Assembly: GCA_965225945.1 (NCBI GenBank)
Contig: CBDDBZ010000039.1
Location: 1 to 64,000 of the forward strand
Length of the DNA: 64,000 bases
Reading direction: 5' to 3'
From: Alphaproteobacteria bacterium
Lineage (GTDB): Bacteria; Pseudomonadota; Alphaproteobacteria; GCA-2731375
Position 1 is the stretch's first letter, and each line of letters opens with the position of its first letter. The notes under the pieces are model-generated. The model was not told the origin of the DNA and searched no databases. It worked only from the letters and a program-made list of their open reading frames with translations. Made by a program: the position numbers and the translations under genes. Shown piece by piece: positions 42,583-53,074 of this stretch.

Positions 42583-42660
42583 ATCGTCGCCCGCGCCGGC
42601 TCTATACTCCCGTGGCGCGGGAAAAAGAAGGGGCGGCGGGCAATTGCCCGAAAGATGGCG

Positions 42661-43128
42661 CTATTCGCCCTCGAACGCGGCGCGGGCCAGATCCGCCAGA
42701 GCCTCCGGGGGCACGTCGCGCAGCTTTCGGGCGAGCGACCAAGCGTGGCCGAAGGGATCGCGAAGGCGGGCATAACGATCACCCCAGAACATGTCCTCGG
42801 GCGCCATGGTGCCCTCGGCGCCCGCCTCCAGCGCGGCGGCGTAGACGGCATCCACGTCCACGTCGTTCAGATGGATGGTCACCGGGCTGGGCCGTGCGGG
42901 GTCGGGTCCCCGACCGCCGAAGGTCGGATTCTCGTCGGCCAGGTAGATCGCCTGGCCGGCGATGGAGAGCTCGGCGTGCATCACCAGATCGCTTCCCGGC
43001 ACGTCGATGGCGAAGAGGGTGACCGCGCCGAAGATCCGCTCATAGAAGGCCATGGCGGCCCGCGCGCCCTTGACCGTCAGGTGGGGAACGACGGCGGCGA
43101 GCGGGCCGGTATCGGGGCTATCGTTCAT
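42661..43128 (-). CDS. VOC/glyoxalase (PhnB-like) protein; frame open upstream to ATG 43338
   Basis: [26 protein letters not shown]...DPFGHAW. Confidence 0.88.
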   Translation of the reverse strand: MNDSPDTGPLAAVVPHLTVKGARAAMAFYERIFGAVTLFAIDVPGSDLVMHAELSIAGQAIYLADENPTFGGRGPDPARPSPVTIHLNDVDVDAVYAAALEAGAEGTMAPEDMFWGDRYARLRDPFGHAWSLARKLRDVPPEALADLARAAFEGE

Positions 43129-43538
43129 GGGGGGGTCTCCCGAGCGCGAGGGGGAATCAGGCGAGACATTCGAGGGGAGGAACGTGGCGACATCGGGCTC
43201 GACCGGCACCGGCCCGTCGGCCCGGGCGCGGGACTGCGCCTTCCGCCGCGCGAGATTGGCGCGAAGTGCCACGGACTGCCTTCGCCGCCGCGCATTTGTG
43301 GCGCCCGCGCGTTCGTTTGGATCCTCGCCCCTCGTCATCGCCCGAGCATGTCCCGCCGGCCGCGCGCCGGCAAGCGGCTTCGCGCGATCAGTCGAAGTCG
43401 TGCCCAAGCGCTTCGCGGGCGGCGGCGGGCAAATGCGCCGATGGCGACATGGCTCGCACATGGAGACTAGCGCCCAGCCCGTCACCTGTCCTAAAAAGAG
43501 ACCGCGCGAGCGACAGCCATGGGGAGCTCGAGACGGCA

Positions 43539-44459
43539 ATGGCGAGCGAGAAGATGTTGGCGGGCAAGGTCGCGCTGGTGACCGGCTCCGGGCGGGGGAT
43601 CGGTCGGGACATCGCCCTAGCGATGGCCCGGCACGGCGCCCGGGTGGTGATCAACGACCTCGGCGGCACCGAAAAGGGCGAGGGCGAGGACCGCACGCCG
43701 GCCATGGAAACCGTCTCGGAGATCAAGGATCTCGGCTCCGACGCGGTCGCCAACACCGACAGCGTGACCGATTTCCAGGCCGCGGAGGGCATGGTCGGCC
43801 AAGCGGTCGACGCCTTCGGTCGGATCGACGTCGTGGTCAACAACGCCGGCATCCTGCGCGACGTCATTTTCCACCGGATGACCGAGGACGACTGGGACGC
43901 GGTCATCAACGTCCACCTCAAGGGCTCGTTCAACGTCTCCCGCGCCGCCGCCACCCGCTTCCGCGAGCAGGAGAGCGGCGCCTTCATCCACATGACCTCG
44001 ACCTCGGGCTTGATCGGCAATTTCGGCCAGGCCAACTACGCCGCGGCAAAGCTCGGCATCGCCGGCCTGTCGAAGTCGCTGGCGCTCGACATGCAGCGCT
44101 TCAACGTCCGCTCCAACTGCATCTCGCCCTTCGCCTGGAGCCGGTTGATCGGCACCATCGCGATCACCGACGAGGCCCAGGCGGCCCGCGTCGAGAAGAT
44201 CAAACAGATGACGCCGGCGAAGATCGCGCCCATCGCCGTCTTCCTGGCGAGCGAGGCGGCCCGGGACGTCAGCGGCCAGATCTTCGGCGTCCGCAACAAC
44301 GAGATCTTCCTGATGGGCCAGTCGCGCCCGCTCCGCTCGGTCCATCGCGGCGAGGGTTGGACGCCCGAGACCGTGGCCGAGCACGCGATGCCGTCGCTCG
44401 CCGCGAGCTTCTATCCGCTGGACCGCTCGCAGGACGTCTTCAGTTGGGATCCGATCTGA
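43539..44459 (+). CDS. SDR family oxidoreductase (3-hydroxyacyl-CoA dehydrogenase-like)
   Basis: TGSGRGIG, VVINDLG, NNAGILRD, GQANYAAAK. Confidence 0.92.
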   Translation: MASEKMLAGKVALVTGSGRGIGRDIALAMARHGARVVINDLGGTEKGEGEDRTPAMETVSEIKDLGSDAVANTDSVTDFQAAEGMVGQAVDAFGRIDVVVNNAGILRDVIFHRMTEDDWDAVINVHLKGSFNVSRAAATRFREQESGAFIHMTSTSGLIGNFGQANYAAAKLGIAGLSKSLALDMQRFNVRSNCISPFAWSRLIGTIAITDEAQAARVEKIKQMTPAKIAPIAVFLASEAARDVSGQIFGVRNNEIFLMGQSRPLRSVHRGEGWTPETVAEHAMPSLAASFYPLDRSQDVFSWDPI

Positions 44460-44527
44460 GGCCGGGCTCGCCAGGCGGGCGCCGAATACCTGAAACGCAA
44501 AACTGACTTCAACCGGAGGAAAACCCC

Positions 44528-45289
44528 ATGCGACAGAACAACATCAAACGGATCTGGGCCGATGGCGGCCACGCGGTGAACGGCTGGCTCGGCATCGCCA
44601 ATTCCTTCAGCGCCGAAATGATGGCGCACGAGGACTTCGACAGCCTCACCGTCGACATGCAGCACGGCATGGTTGATTTCCAGGCCGCCGTCTCGATGCT
44701 GCAATCGATCTCGACCCGCGACGTGACGCCGCTCGCCCGCGTGCCGTGGAACGACCCGGCCGCGATCATGAAGATCCTGGACGCCGGGGCCTACGGCGTG
44801 GTCTGCCCGATGATCAACAATCGCGAGGAGTGCGAGCGCTTCGTCGGTGCCTGCCGCTACGTGCCGCGCGGCTATCGCAGCTTCGGGCCGGCGCGCGGCT
44901 TGCTCTATGGCGGTGGCGACTACGCCCAGGCGGCCAACGATACCATCATCAGCTTCGCCATGATCGAGACCGCCGAGGCGCTGGCCAAGCTGGACGAGAT
45001 CATGACCGTCGAGGAGTTGGATGCGATCTACATCGGTCCCGCCGACCTCGCCATCAGCCTCGGTCATCCGCCCGCCGGCGTGCCGGAGATCCCGGAAGTC
45101 CTCTCGGCGATCGACGACATCCTAGCCGCCGCCAAGCGCAACGACGTCGTCGCGGGCATCCATTGCGGCTCCGGCAAGATGGCCAACGAGATGTACAAAA
45201 AGGGCTTCCAGTTCTGCACGCTGATGAACGACGCGCGCCTGATGTCGTCCGGCGCCAAGACGGAGATCGCGGCGGCCCGCGCGGCCTGA
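44528..45289 (+). CDS. HpcH/HpaI aldolase family protein
   Basis: VDMQHG, ARVPWN, LDAGAYG, AMIET, YIGPADL. Confidence 0.92.
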   Translation: MRQNNIKRIWADGGHAVNGWLGIANSFSAEMMAHEDFDSLTVDMQHGMVDFQAAVSMLQSISTRDVTPLARVPWNDPAAIMKILDAGAYGVVCPMINNREECERFVGACRYVPRGYRSFGPARGLLYGGGDYAQAANDTIISFAMIETAEALAKLDEIMTVEELDAIYIGPADLAISLGHPPAGVPEIPEVLSAIDDILAAAKRNDVVAGIHCGSGKMANEMYKKGFQFCTLMNDARLMSSGAKTEIAAARAA

Positions 45290-45327
45290 TCGCGATCGGC
45301 CCTGGCCATACAACCAATGGTGAGCCG

Positions 45328-46311
45328 ATGGAGAACCTGAAGCGGGTGCTGCTGCTCGGCCGAATCATGGCGGAGGGCCGCGCGCTGCTGGAGGCGCGGG
45401 ACGATATCGTTTACGAGATGCTCGTGGCACCCAGCCCGGAGGAGATCCTCGAACATGTGAGCGACGTCAATGCGATCGTCGTCCGTGGCGCGCGCATCGA
45501 TGCCGAGCTAATCGCCGCCGCGCCCCGGCTCGAGGTGGTGACCCGGCACGGCGTCGGCTACGACAGCGTCGACGTCGACCGATTGACGGCGCGCGGCATC
45601 CCGCTCGCCGTCACCGGCGCCGCCAACTCACTCTCGGTGGTGGAGCACACCTTTGCCCTGATGCTGGCGGTGGCCAAGAACCTGGCGCATCAGGACCGCG
45701 AGGTCCGGGCCGGCAACTACGACGTGCGCCACCAGGCCGGCGCGGTGGACATCGCCGGCAAGACGATCCTGGTGGTCGGCTTCGGGCGGATCGGCACCCG
45801 CATGGCCCAGCGCTGCCAGGCCTTCGACATGGTGGTGGTGGTCGCCGATCCCTTCGTGCCGCGCCGCGCGGTCGAGGACCAGGGCTATCGCTGGGTCGGC
45901 GACTTCCGCGAGGCGTTGGGGGAGGCGGACATCGTGACGCTCCACCTGCCGGGGAACCGGGACCGCTCGCTGGTCCTGGGCGCGGCCGAGATCGCGGCCA
46001 TGAAGCCGGGCGCGATCCTGGTCAACTGCGCCAGAGGCAGCCTGGTCGAGGAAGAGGCCCTGGCGGCGGCCTTGGCCGACGGGCGGCTGAAGGGGGCCGG
46101 CCTCGACGTCACCCGGGTCGAGCCGCCGGGCGACGATCATCCCTATCTGGGGCTGCCCAACGTGGTGCTGACGCCCCATACGGCCGCCGCGACACCGGAA
46201 TGCATGCAACGGATGTCGGTGACGGCGGTGCAAAACACCCTCGACGCGCTGGACGGCAAGCTCGACCCCACCATGTGCGTCAACGAGGAGGTGCTGGGCG
46301 AAGCGACATGA
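45328..46311 (+). CDS. D-isomer specific 2-hydroxyacid (phosphoglycerate-type) dehydrogenase
   Basis: RHGVGYD, VGFGRIG, VNCARG, GLDV...EP, LTPHTA. Confidence 0.9.
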   Translation: MENLKRVLLLGRIMAEGRALLEARDDIVYEMLVAPSPEEILEHVSDVNAIVVRGARIDAELIAAAPRLEVVTRHGVGYDSVDVDRLTARGIPLAVTGAANSLSVVEHTFALMLAVAKNLAHQDREVRAGNYDVRHQAGAVDIAGKTILVVGFGRIGTRMAQRCQAFDMVVVVADPFVPRRAVEDQGYRWVGDFREALGEADIVTLHLPGNRDRSLVLGAAEIAAMKPGAILVNCARGSLVEEEALAAALADGRLKGAGLDVTRVEPPGDDHPYLGLPNVVLTPHTAAATPECMQRMSVTAVQNTLDALDGKLDPTMCVNEEVLGEAT

Positions 46312-46949
46312 CCGAGCTTCCTCGCCATGTCGGCCCCGACTTCGTCTGGGCGGAGTGGCGCTCGCCCGCGCGGCCGGCGCCGGCCCTCTTCCTCGACCGC
46401 GACGGGGTGATCGTCGAGGACACCGGTCACCTCCAGAGCGTCGACGAGATCCGGCTGATCCCCGGCGTCGAGCAGGTGATCGCCGAGGCCAACCGCAAGG
46501 GCATCCATGTCGTCGTCGTCACCAACCAGTCGGGCATCGGCCAGGGGCTCTTCCGCTGGCGCGATTTCGAGCTGGTGCAGAACCACATCCTGGAGCAATT
46601 GGCGGTGGCCGACGCCCATGTCGACGGCGTGCTGGCCTGTCCCTTCCACGCCCGAGGCGCGGGCCCCTACATCCATCGGGACCATCCGACCCGCAAGCCC
46701 AATCCCGGCATGCTGCTGAAGGCGGCATCGGCCCTCGGCATCGATCTCGCGGCCTCCTGGATCGTCGGCGACCGCGCCACCGACATGGCCGCCGGCCGCA
46801 ACGCCGGCATCGCCGGCGCGCTCCACGTCCTCACCGGTGCCGGCGCGGAGGAGCGGGACCTGGCGTTGGCGGAGGCGCGCGGCGACTTCGAGGTGCGGCC
46901 GGTCGACAGCGTGCTCGGTGCGCTGGAGGTGCTGGCGCGCGACTTCTGA
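46308..46949 (+). CDS. HAD-IIIA phosphatase, GmhB/histidinol-phosphatase family
   Basis: FLDRDGVI, VTNQSGIG, RKPNPGML, VGDR. Confidence 0.88.
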   Translation: MTELPRHVGPDFVWAEWRSPARPAPALFLDRDGVIVEDTGHLQSVDEIRLIPGVEQVIAEANRKGIHVVVVTNQSGIGQGLFRWRDFELVQNHILEQLAVADAHVDGVLACPFHARGAGPYIHRDHPTRKPNPGMLLKAASALGIDLAASWIVGDRATDMAAGRNAGIAGALHVLTGAGAEERDLALAEARGDFEVRPVDSVLGALEVLARDF

Positions 46950-46968
46950 CGACGGCGCTCGCCATGCG

Positions 46969-48639
46969 CTATTCGGCCGCCGCCGGGTGGGTCTTGCCGT
47001 CGGCGAGATCGCGGGCCAGCGCCGCCGGGTCGCGGGCCCCGGGATCGCCGTGGCCGCCACCGCCCGCGGTCTCGACCCTCAGCCGGTCGCCCCGGTTCAG
47101 CACCGTCTGGCACTTGGACGGCACCACTTCCTCGCGGCCGTCGGCGCGGATGACGACCGAGTAGGCGGACGCCCCGTCGCCGCCGCCGGCGAGGCCGGGG
47201 GCCTGGCTGAAATGCCGCTCGCCGCGATGCGAGAGGGTGATCCCGTCGGCCAGCATCTCGAATTCCCGGACCACCCCGAGACCGCCGCGGCGCGCCCCGA
47301 TGCCGCCCGAATCGACGCGCAGCGAATAGTTGAGCAGGCGGATCGGCGCCTCCATCTCCAGGGCTTCGGCCGGCAGGTTCATGCAGTTGGTGGCGTCGCT
47401 CTCGACCACGTCGACGCCGTCGCCCGTGGGCCCGGCGCCGGAGCCGCCGGCGATCAGGTCGCTGACGATATAGACGCCGCGGTCCGTGTCGGCGCCGCCG
47501 AAGGCGAGGACCAGCAGCGCGCCGGCGTTGGCCGCCGGCATCCGCTCGGGCGCGGCCTCGGCGAGCGCGCCGAGGATGGTGTTGGTGATGGTCTTGATCG
47601 TCGCGGACCGGGCGTTCACCGGCGCGGGCGGGCGCGGGTTGACCAGCGAGCCCTCGGGCAGGTGCAGCGAGACCGGGCGGAAGCAGCCGCCGTTGGTCGG
47701 AATCTCGGAGTCGGTGACGGCGCGGACCGCGTAATAGGCCGCCGCCGCGCTGCCCGACGGCACGCAGTTGATCGGCCCCTTGGCCTGCGAGCTGGTGCCG
47801 GTGAAGTCGAAATGGATCGCGCCGTCGCCGATCCTCGCCTCGACCTCGATGCGGAGCGGGCGGTCGAGCTCGACCCCGTCGTTGTCCATCCAGCCGACGC
47901 AGGCGTAGCGCCCCGGCGGCAAACGGGCGAGCGCCTCGCGGGTCATCGTCTCGGAGCGCCGAATCAGCTCGTCGAAGATGGCCGAGAGGTGGTTGTCACC
48001 ATGGCGTTCGGCGAGTTCGCCCAGGCGCCGCGCGCCGACGGTGCAGGCGGCGATCTGGGCGTTGAGGTCGCCCATGAAGACCTCCGGAATGCGGACGTTC
48101 AATCGCAGGATCCGAAGCAGCATCTCGTCGAACTCAGCACCCCGGCGCAGCCGCACCGGCGGGAGGCGGATGCCTTCCTGATAGATTTCGGTGGCGTTGG
48201 TCGGAACCGAGCCGGGCGCCATGCCGCCGACGTCCTGGTGGTGGGTCATCGTCGCGCTCAAGGCGATCGCCCGGCCGTCGCGCAACACCGGCATCACCAC
48301 GGTGAAGTCCGGCAGGTGGGTGCCGCCGCTATAGGGATCGTTCAGGATATAGACGTCGCCTTCGCCCATCGTCTCCACGGGAAATTCGGCAATGATGTGG
48401 CCGACCGCCGGGATCAGGGTGCCCAGATGGATCGGAATCGCGCAGGCCTGGGCCAGCGTGGTGCCGTCGGCGAGGAAGAGGCTGGCGGAGGCGTCCTGTC
48501 CCTCCTTGACGATCGGCGAGAAGGAACTGCGCAGCAGCGCGTCCTCCATCTCGTTGGCGATGCCGTCGACCTTGTGGCGGATCACCTCGACCGTGATCGG
48601 ATCGAGGGGCGCCTCGCCCGCGCCGCTTTCAGTCATCAT
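46969..48639 (-). CDS. Hydantoinase B/oxoprolinase family protein
   Basis: NDPYSGGTHLPD, HHQDVGG..PGS, EIYQEG, TAGGGGHG. Confidence 0.92.
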   Translation of the reverse strand: MMTESGAGEAPLDPITVEVIRHKVDGIANEMEDALLRSSFSPIVKEGQDASASLFLADGTTLAQACAIPIHLGTLIPAVGHIIAEFPVETMGEGDVYILNDPYSGGTHLPDFTVVMPVLRDGRAIALSATMTHHQDVGGMAPGSVPTNATEIYQEGIRLPPVRLRRGAEFDEMLLRILRLNVRIPEVFMGDLNAQIAACTVGARRLGELAERHGDNHLSAIFDELIRRSETMTREALARLPPGRYACVGWMDNDGVELDRPLRIEVEARIGDGAIHFDFTGTSSQAKGPINCVPSGSAAAAYYAVRAVTDSEIPTNGGCFRPVSLHLPEGSLVNPRPPAPVNARSATIKTITNTILGALAEAAPERMPAANAGALLVLAFGGADTDRGVYIVSDLIAGGSGAGPTGDGVDVVESDATNCMNLPAEALEMEAPIRLLNYSLRVDSGGIGARRGGLGVVREFEMLADGITLSHRGERHFSQAPGLAGGGDGASAYSVVIRADGREEVVPSKCQTVLNRGDRLRVETAGGGGHGDPGARDPAALARDLADGKTHPAAAE

Positions 48640-50701
48640 CGGACTCCTCCCGCTCCAATATCAGGTTGCCGTCGGCGTCCACGATGCCACGCCAGCCGGG
48701 CGAAACCAAGGCGGTCGTATCGGCCTGCTCGACGATCGCCGGGCCGAGAAGCGCCGCGCCCGGCGCCAGCGCCTCGCGGGAATGGATCGCCGCCTGGACC
48801 CGGCCCCAGGGCTCGGGCAACAGGATCTCCCGCGTGGTCTCGGGCCTCGCCGGGCGGGGCGCGGGGCGTTTCGCCCGCCTCGGCGTCTCCGCGCCGCCGG
48901 CGCCATGCACCGCGCGCAGGTTGACGATCCGGGCCGGCGTCCGGGCGGCATAGCCGTGGATCCGATCGTGAGCCACGAGGAAATCTCGGTAGAGATCGCC
49001 CAGCGGGTCCTCGGCCGCGAGGTCCACCCCCACCTCCAGGTGATAGCCCTGGCCGATATAGCAGACGTCGGCGAAGTGGCCGACGCGGATCGGCGCCTCG
49101 CCGAGTCCCTCACCCGCCATGAGCGCTCGGCAACGCCCATCGAGCGCGCCGTAGCCCCGGCGCAATTCCTCCAGCCCCAGCTCGCCGAGGGGGCGCGAGA
49201 AGGCGCTCGAGAGCTCCTGCTCCACCGGTGCCGCCAGGAGGCCGGCGGCCGACAGCACGCCCGGATGGCGCGGCACGACGATGCGACGAATCGCCAACTC
49301 CTCGGCCAGCGCGCAGGCGTGCAGCGGTCCGCCGCCGCCGAGCGCCACCAGCGCGAAGCCCCGGGGATCGTGACCGCGGCGGATCGAGACCAGGCGAATG
49401 CCCTCCGCCATCGCCGCGTTCAGCACCCGGTGAACGCCGAGCGCCGCCGCATCGCTGGAGATCCCCATCGGCGTCGCGATCCGCGCTTCGAGGCTCCGTT
49501 GCGCCAGATCGGGGTAAAGCCGCATCGCGCCGCCGGCGAAGCTCGCCGGGTTGAGATAGCCGAGCACGAGGGAGGCGTCGGTCACCGTCGCCTCCTCTCC
49601 GCCCTGGCCGTAGCAGGCGGGTCCCGGTTCCGCCCCGGCCGAGCGCGGCCCGACGTGTAGGCCGCCCGCCGCGTCGAGCCACGCGATGGAGCCGCCGCCG
49701 GCGCCGATCGCGTTGACGTCGATCATCGGCACGCGGATCGGAAAGCCGATGATCACCCCCTCGGCCCGGATCACCGGGCGGCCGGCTTCGACAAGCGCGA
49801 TATCGCAACTGGTGCCGCCGATGTCGACGGTGATGGCGTCCGGCGCGCCGGCCGTCTCGCCCGCCCGCTTGCCGCCCACGACGCCCGCCGCCGGGCCGGA
49901 GAGCAGCATGCGCACCGGGCGCTCGGCGGCGATCGCCGCCGAGGCGACCCCGCCCCGCGACATCATCACCTGCAAGGGCGCCGGGATCTCGGCCGCCGTC
50001 AGGCTTCGGGCCATGTCGCGGAGATAGTGGTCCAGCACCGGCTTGACGTAGCCGTCGAAGGCGGTGACCGCCGTCCGCTCGTATTCGCGATAGGCCGGGT
50101 CGACCTCCGAGGAGAGCGATATCGCCACGTCGGGATGGCGGGCGCGGACGATTTCGGCCGCGCGCCGTTCGTGGCCGTCGGCGGCGAAGGAGAAGAGGAA
50201 GACGATGGCGATCGCCTCGACGCCGTCGGCGACCAGGGCGTCGGCCGCCTCGGCCACGGCGGCCTCGTCCAGGGCCTCGATTTCGCTGCCGTCGGCGGCA
50301 ATGCGGCCGCCGATCTCCTTGCGCCGCGCGCGGGGCGCGAGGAATCCCGGCGTCTCGGGCGAGAGCGTCAGATCGTACATCCTTGTCCGCTTCTGGCGGC
50401 CGATCTCCAGCACGTCGCGAAAGCCGCGGGTGGTGAGCAGGCCGAGACGGGCGCCGCGCCGCTCCAGCACCGCGTTGGTGGCGATCGTGGTGCCGTGGAC
50501 GAAGCGGGCGACGTCGGCGGGCGCGACCTTCCACTCGGCGAGCGCGCGGCGGATTGCCTCGGCCACGCCGTCGGCGGGGTTGGCACGGGTGGTGGGCACT
50601 TTCATAACATCGACTTCCCCACCGCCCCGGCGGCAAACCAGGTCGGTGAAGGTGCCGCCGATGTCGACGGCCAGCTCGACGTTTCGCGACGTTTCCCTCA
50701 T
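48629..50701 (-). CDS. Hydantoinase A/oxoprolinase family protein
   Basis: VDIGGTFTD, HGTTIATNA, LSGPAAG, IGAGGGSIA, PGPACY. Confidence 0.93.
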   Translation of the reverse strand: MRETSRNVELAVDIGGTFTDLVCRRGGGEVDVMKVPTTRANPADGVAEAIRRALAEWKVAPADVARFVHGTTIATNAVLERRGARLGLLTTRGFRDVLEIGRQKRTRMYDLTLSPETPGFLAPRARRKEIGGRIAADGSEIEALDEAAVAEAADALVADGVEAIAIVFLFSFAADGHERRAAEIVRARHPDVAISLSSEVDPAYREYERTAVTAFDGYVKPVLDHYLRDMARSLTAAEIPAPLQVMMSRGGVASAAIAAERPVRMLLSGPAAGVVGGKRAGETAGAPDAITVDIGGTSCDIALVEAGRPVIRAEGVIIGFPIRVPMIDVNAIGAGGGSIAWLDAAGGLHVGPRSAGAEPGPACYGQGGEEATVTDASLVLGYLNPASFAGGAMRLYPDLAQRSLEARIATPMGISSDAAALGVHRVLNAAMAEGIRLVSIRRGHDPRGFALVALGGGGPLHACALAEELAIRRIVVPRHPGVLSAAGLLAAPVEQELSSAFSRPLGELGLEELRRGYGALDGRCRALMAGEGLGEAPIRVGHFADVCYIGQGYHLEVGVDLAAEDPLGDLYRDFLVAHDRIHGYAARTPARIVNLRAVHGAGGAETPRRAKRPAPRPARPETTREILLPEPWGRVQAAIHSREALAPGAALLGPAIVEQADTTALVSPGWRGIVDADGNLILEREESDDD

Positions 50702-50710
50702 CGCCTCTCC

Positions 50711-51940
50711 CTAGCGCCAGAGCGCATCCCGCCAGCGGATCGCGATCCAGATACTACCGGCGATGCCGAGCGTGCAATAGACGCCGACGGCGAGCGCGAA
50801 GCCCAGCCAATCGATCAGGGCGGCGGAAGCCATCAGACCGATCGGCAGGCCGTAGACGGCGAGCATCCGCGCGCCCATCACCCTGGCCCGGAAGGCCGGC
50901 TGCGCCGTCGCCAACAGCGCCACCGACATGGCGACCAGGGCGAAGCTTTGCACCGCGCCGATGACGAACAGCAAGCCCAGCCCGGCGGCCATGGCGTCAA
51001 CCTGGCCGAAGACCAGCAATGCGACGTACCAGAGCAGGATGTTCACGACCGAGACCCGTAGCGGACGGCGGACGCGGGCCGAGATCGCCAGCGCGAGCGA
51101 GCCGGCGAGCGCGCCCGCCGCTTGCGCCGCCACCATGTGGCCGAGGCCGGTCGCGTCGACGCCGTAGACGTCGCGGGCGATAAAGGGCAGCAGGCCGTGG
51201 CTGATGGGGAAGGCCGTCAGGTTCACCAGAAAGGCGAGCCACATGAGCGCCAACAGCCGGGGCGTGTTCCAGACATAGGCCAGTCCTTCGGTAAGGTCGC
51301 GCCAGGGCGACGGCCTGGGTGCCGTCGATGGCTCGGCGCGGGGCGGCGGGAGCTTGGAGACGCCGAAGGTGAGCGCCAGGCCGAGGGCGTAGAAGGCGGC
51401 GACGAAAGCGTAGCTCGGACCCAGCCCGAAGCTGGCAAAAAGCCCGGCGCCGATAAGTGCGCCGGCGATGCGGGCGGAATCCGTCGTCGTCCGCGCCACG
51501 GCCATGGCGTTCATCAGCAGCATCGGCGGCATGGTGTCGCCGATCAGCGCGTTCCGCATCACCTGGTCCGCCGGCTTCAACAATCCCGCCATGAAGCCGA
51601 TGGCGAAGACCGATTGGACGCCCAGCAGGTCGAAGAGACCGAGCGTCATCAACCCTCCCGCCAGAACGAGGAACGCCGCGCGCAGCCCGCAGAGCATCAC
51701 GCGGCGGCCGATCCGATCGGCGATCACGCCGAACATCGGCGCCAACAGGGTGCCGAGGAACTGCAACGAGGCGAAGACGGTCAGCAGGAAGACCGAATCG
51801 GTCGCGACCAGCACATACCAGCCGAGGATCACGGTCTCCATCTCGAAGGCCCAGGCGGTCAGCAGGTCCGCCGGCCATTGGAAACGGAAGCTGCGCACCC
51901 CGAACGGGGCCGTCAGGGAGGCGCGCGCGGGCGTCGACAA
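50711..51940 (-). CDS. MFS transporter
   Basis: About 12 TM, GVIADRIGRR motif, RARVMG. Confidence 0.85.
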   Translation of the reverse strand: MSTPARASLTAPFGVRSFRFQWPADLLTAWAFEMETVILGWYVLVATDSVFLLTVFASLQFLGTLLAPMFGVIADRIGRRVMLCGLRAAFLVLAGGLMTLGLFDLLGVQSVFAIGFMAGLLKPADQVMRNALIGDTMPPMLLMNAMAVARTTTDSARIAGALIGAGLFASFGLGPSYAFVAAFYALGLALTFGVSKLPPPRAEPSTAPRPSPWRDLTEGLAYVWNTPRLLALMWLAFLVNLTAFPISHGLLPFIARDVYGVDATGLGHMVAAQAAGALAGSLALAISARVRRPLRVSVVNILLWYVALLVFGQVDAMAAGLGLLFVIGAVQSFALVAMSVALLATAQPAFRARVMGARMLAVYGLPIGLMASAALIDWLGFALAVGVYCTLGIAGSIWIAIRWRDALWR

Positions 51941-52210
51941 CTACGCAACCCTCGCTGTTGCCTTGTGGTAGGGACGCGGGTGGGTGGTGGCGAACGAAAG
52001 GGGACTTTAGCGGTCCTCGCCGCTCCGGCCCAGCCGCTCGGCGCGCCAGCGCCGTCGTTGCCGAGGCGATGATGGCGCTGTTCCGCGGCGAGCGCATCCA
52101 GGGCGCCGCCCGCTCCCCCGGCCTTCGCCCTTTCCGCGGCGCCGGCGGAGTTTGCTATAGTCCCGTTCTGGACCAGGCCCCCAGGGGCCGGAACGGTGGG
52201 AGGACCCGTC

Positions 52211-53074
52211 ATGGCGTTGTCGCTCCGCGCGCTTCACCCTTCGCTCGGCGTCGAGGTATCGGGAATCGATCTCGGCTTGCCGCTGGACGCTTCGACGCGG
52301 GCGGAAATCGTCGCCGCCTGGGAAACCCATGGCGTCCTGGTGTTCCGCGATGCCGACATCAGCGACGACGAGCATGTCGCCTTCAGCCACAATTTCGGCG
52401 AGCTGGAAGTGCTGCCCGAGCGCGACCACACCGAGGACGGGTTGCCGGAGATCTTCACCCTCTCCAACGTCGGCCCGGACGGTGAGATCCTGCCCGCGGC
52501 GAGCGAGCCGGTGACCTTCGCCTCCCTCACCTGGTTCTGGCATACCGACAGTTGCTACCGGGCGATCCCGAGCAAGGGCGCGATCCTGCACGGTCTCGAG
52601 GTGGTCGAGGGCGGTGGCGGCGAGACCCGCTTCGCCAACCTCAAGCAAGCGCTCGCCGAGATGGGGAGCGAGCTGCGGGCCCGCATCGAGGACCTGGAGG
52701 CGCGGCATAGTTTCGTCTGGATGCGCACCCACCGCGATCTGTCGCCGATGAAGCCGGAGGAAGCGGCGAGCGTGCGGCCGGTCCGCCACAAGCTGATCCG
52801 CAACCACCGCGACGGCAGCCAGTCGCTCTACATCAGCCCCGTCTACATGGAACGCATCATCGGCCGTGGGGAGAGCGAGAGCAGGGCTCTGGTCGAGGAG
52901 TTGACCGAATGGGCCACGCAAGACCGCTTCGTCTACCAGCATTCCTGGCGGCCGCACGACGTGGTGATGTGGAACAACACCTGGACCATGCATCTGGTCA
53001 TGCCTTACGACCAGGCGCGCCAGCGCCGCGTGATGCACCGCACCGCAATCGCCGGCGTCGAGGCGGTGTTGTGA
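52211..53074 (+). CDS. TauD/TfdA family 2OG-dependent dioxygenase
   Basis: GVEVSGIDL, WHTD, GGETRFAN, W...DVVMWNN..TMH, RVMHR. Confidence 0.92.
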   Translation: MALSLRALHPSLGVEVSGIDLGLPLDASTRAEIVAAWETHGVLVFRDADISDDEHVAFSHNFGELEVLPERDHTEDGLPEIFTLSNVGPDGEILPAASEPVTFASLTWFWHTDSCYRAIPSKGAILHGLEVVEGGGGETRFANLKQALAEMGSELRARIEDLEARHSFVWMRTHRDLSPMKPEEAASVRPVRHKLIRNHRDGSQSLYISPVYMERIIGRGESESRALVEELTEWATQDRFVYQHSWRPHDVVMWNNTWTMHLVMPYDQARQRRVMHRTAIAGVEAVL

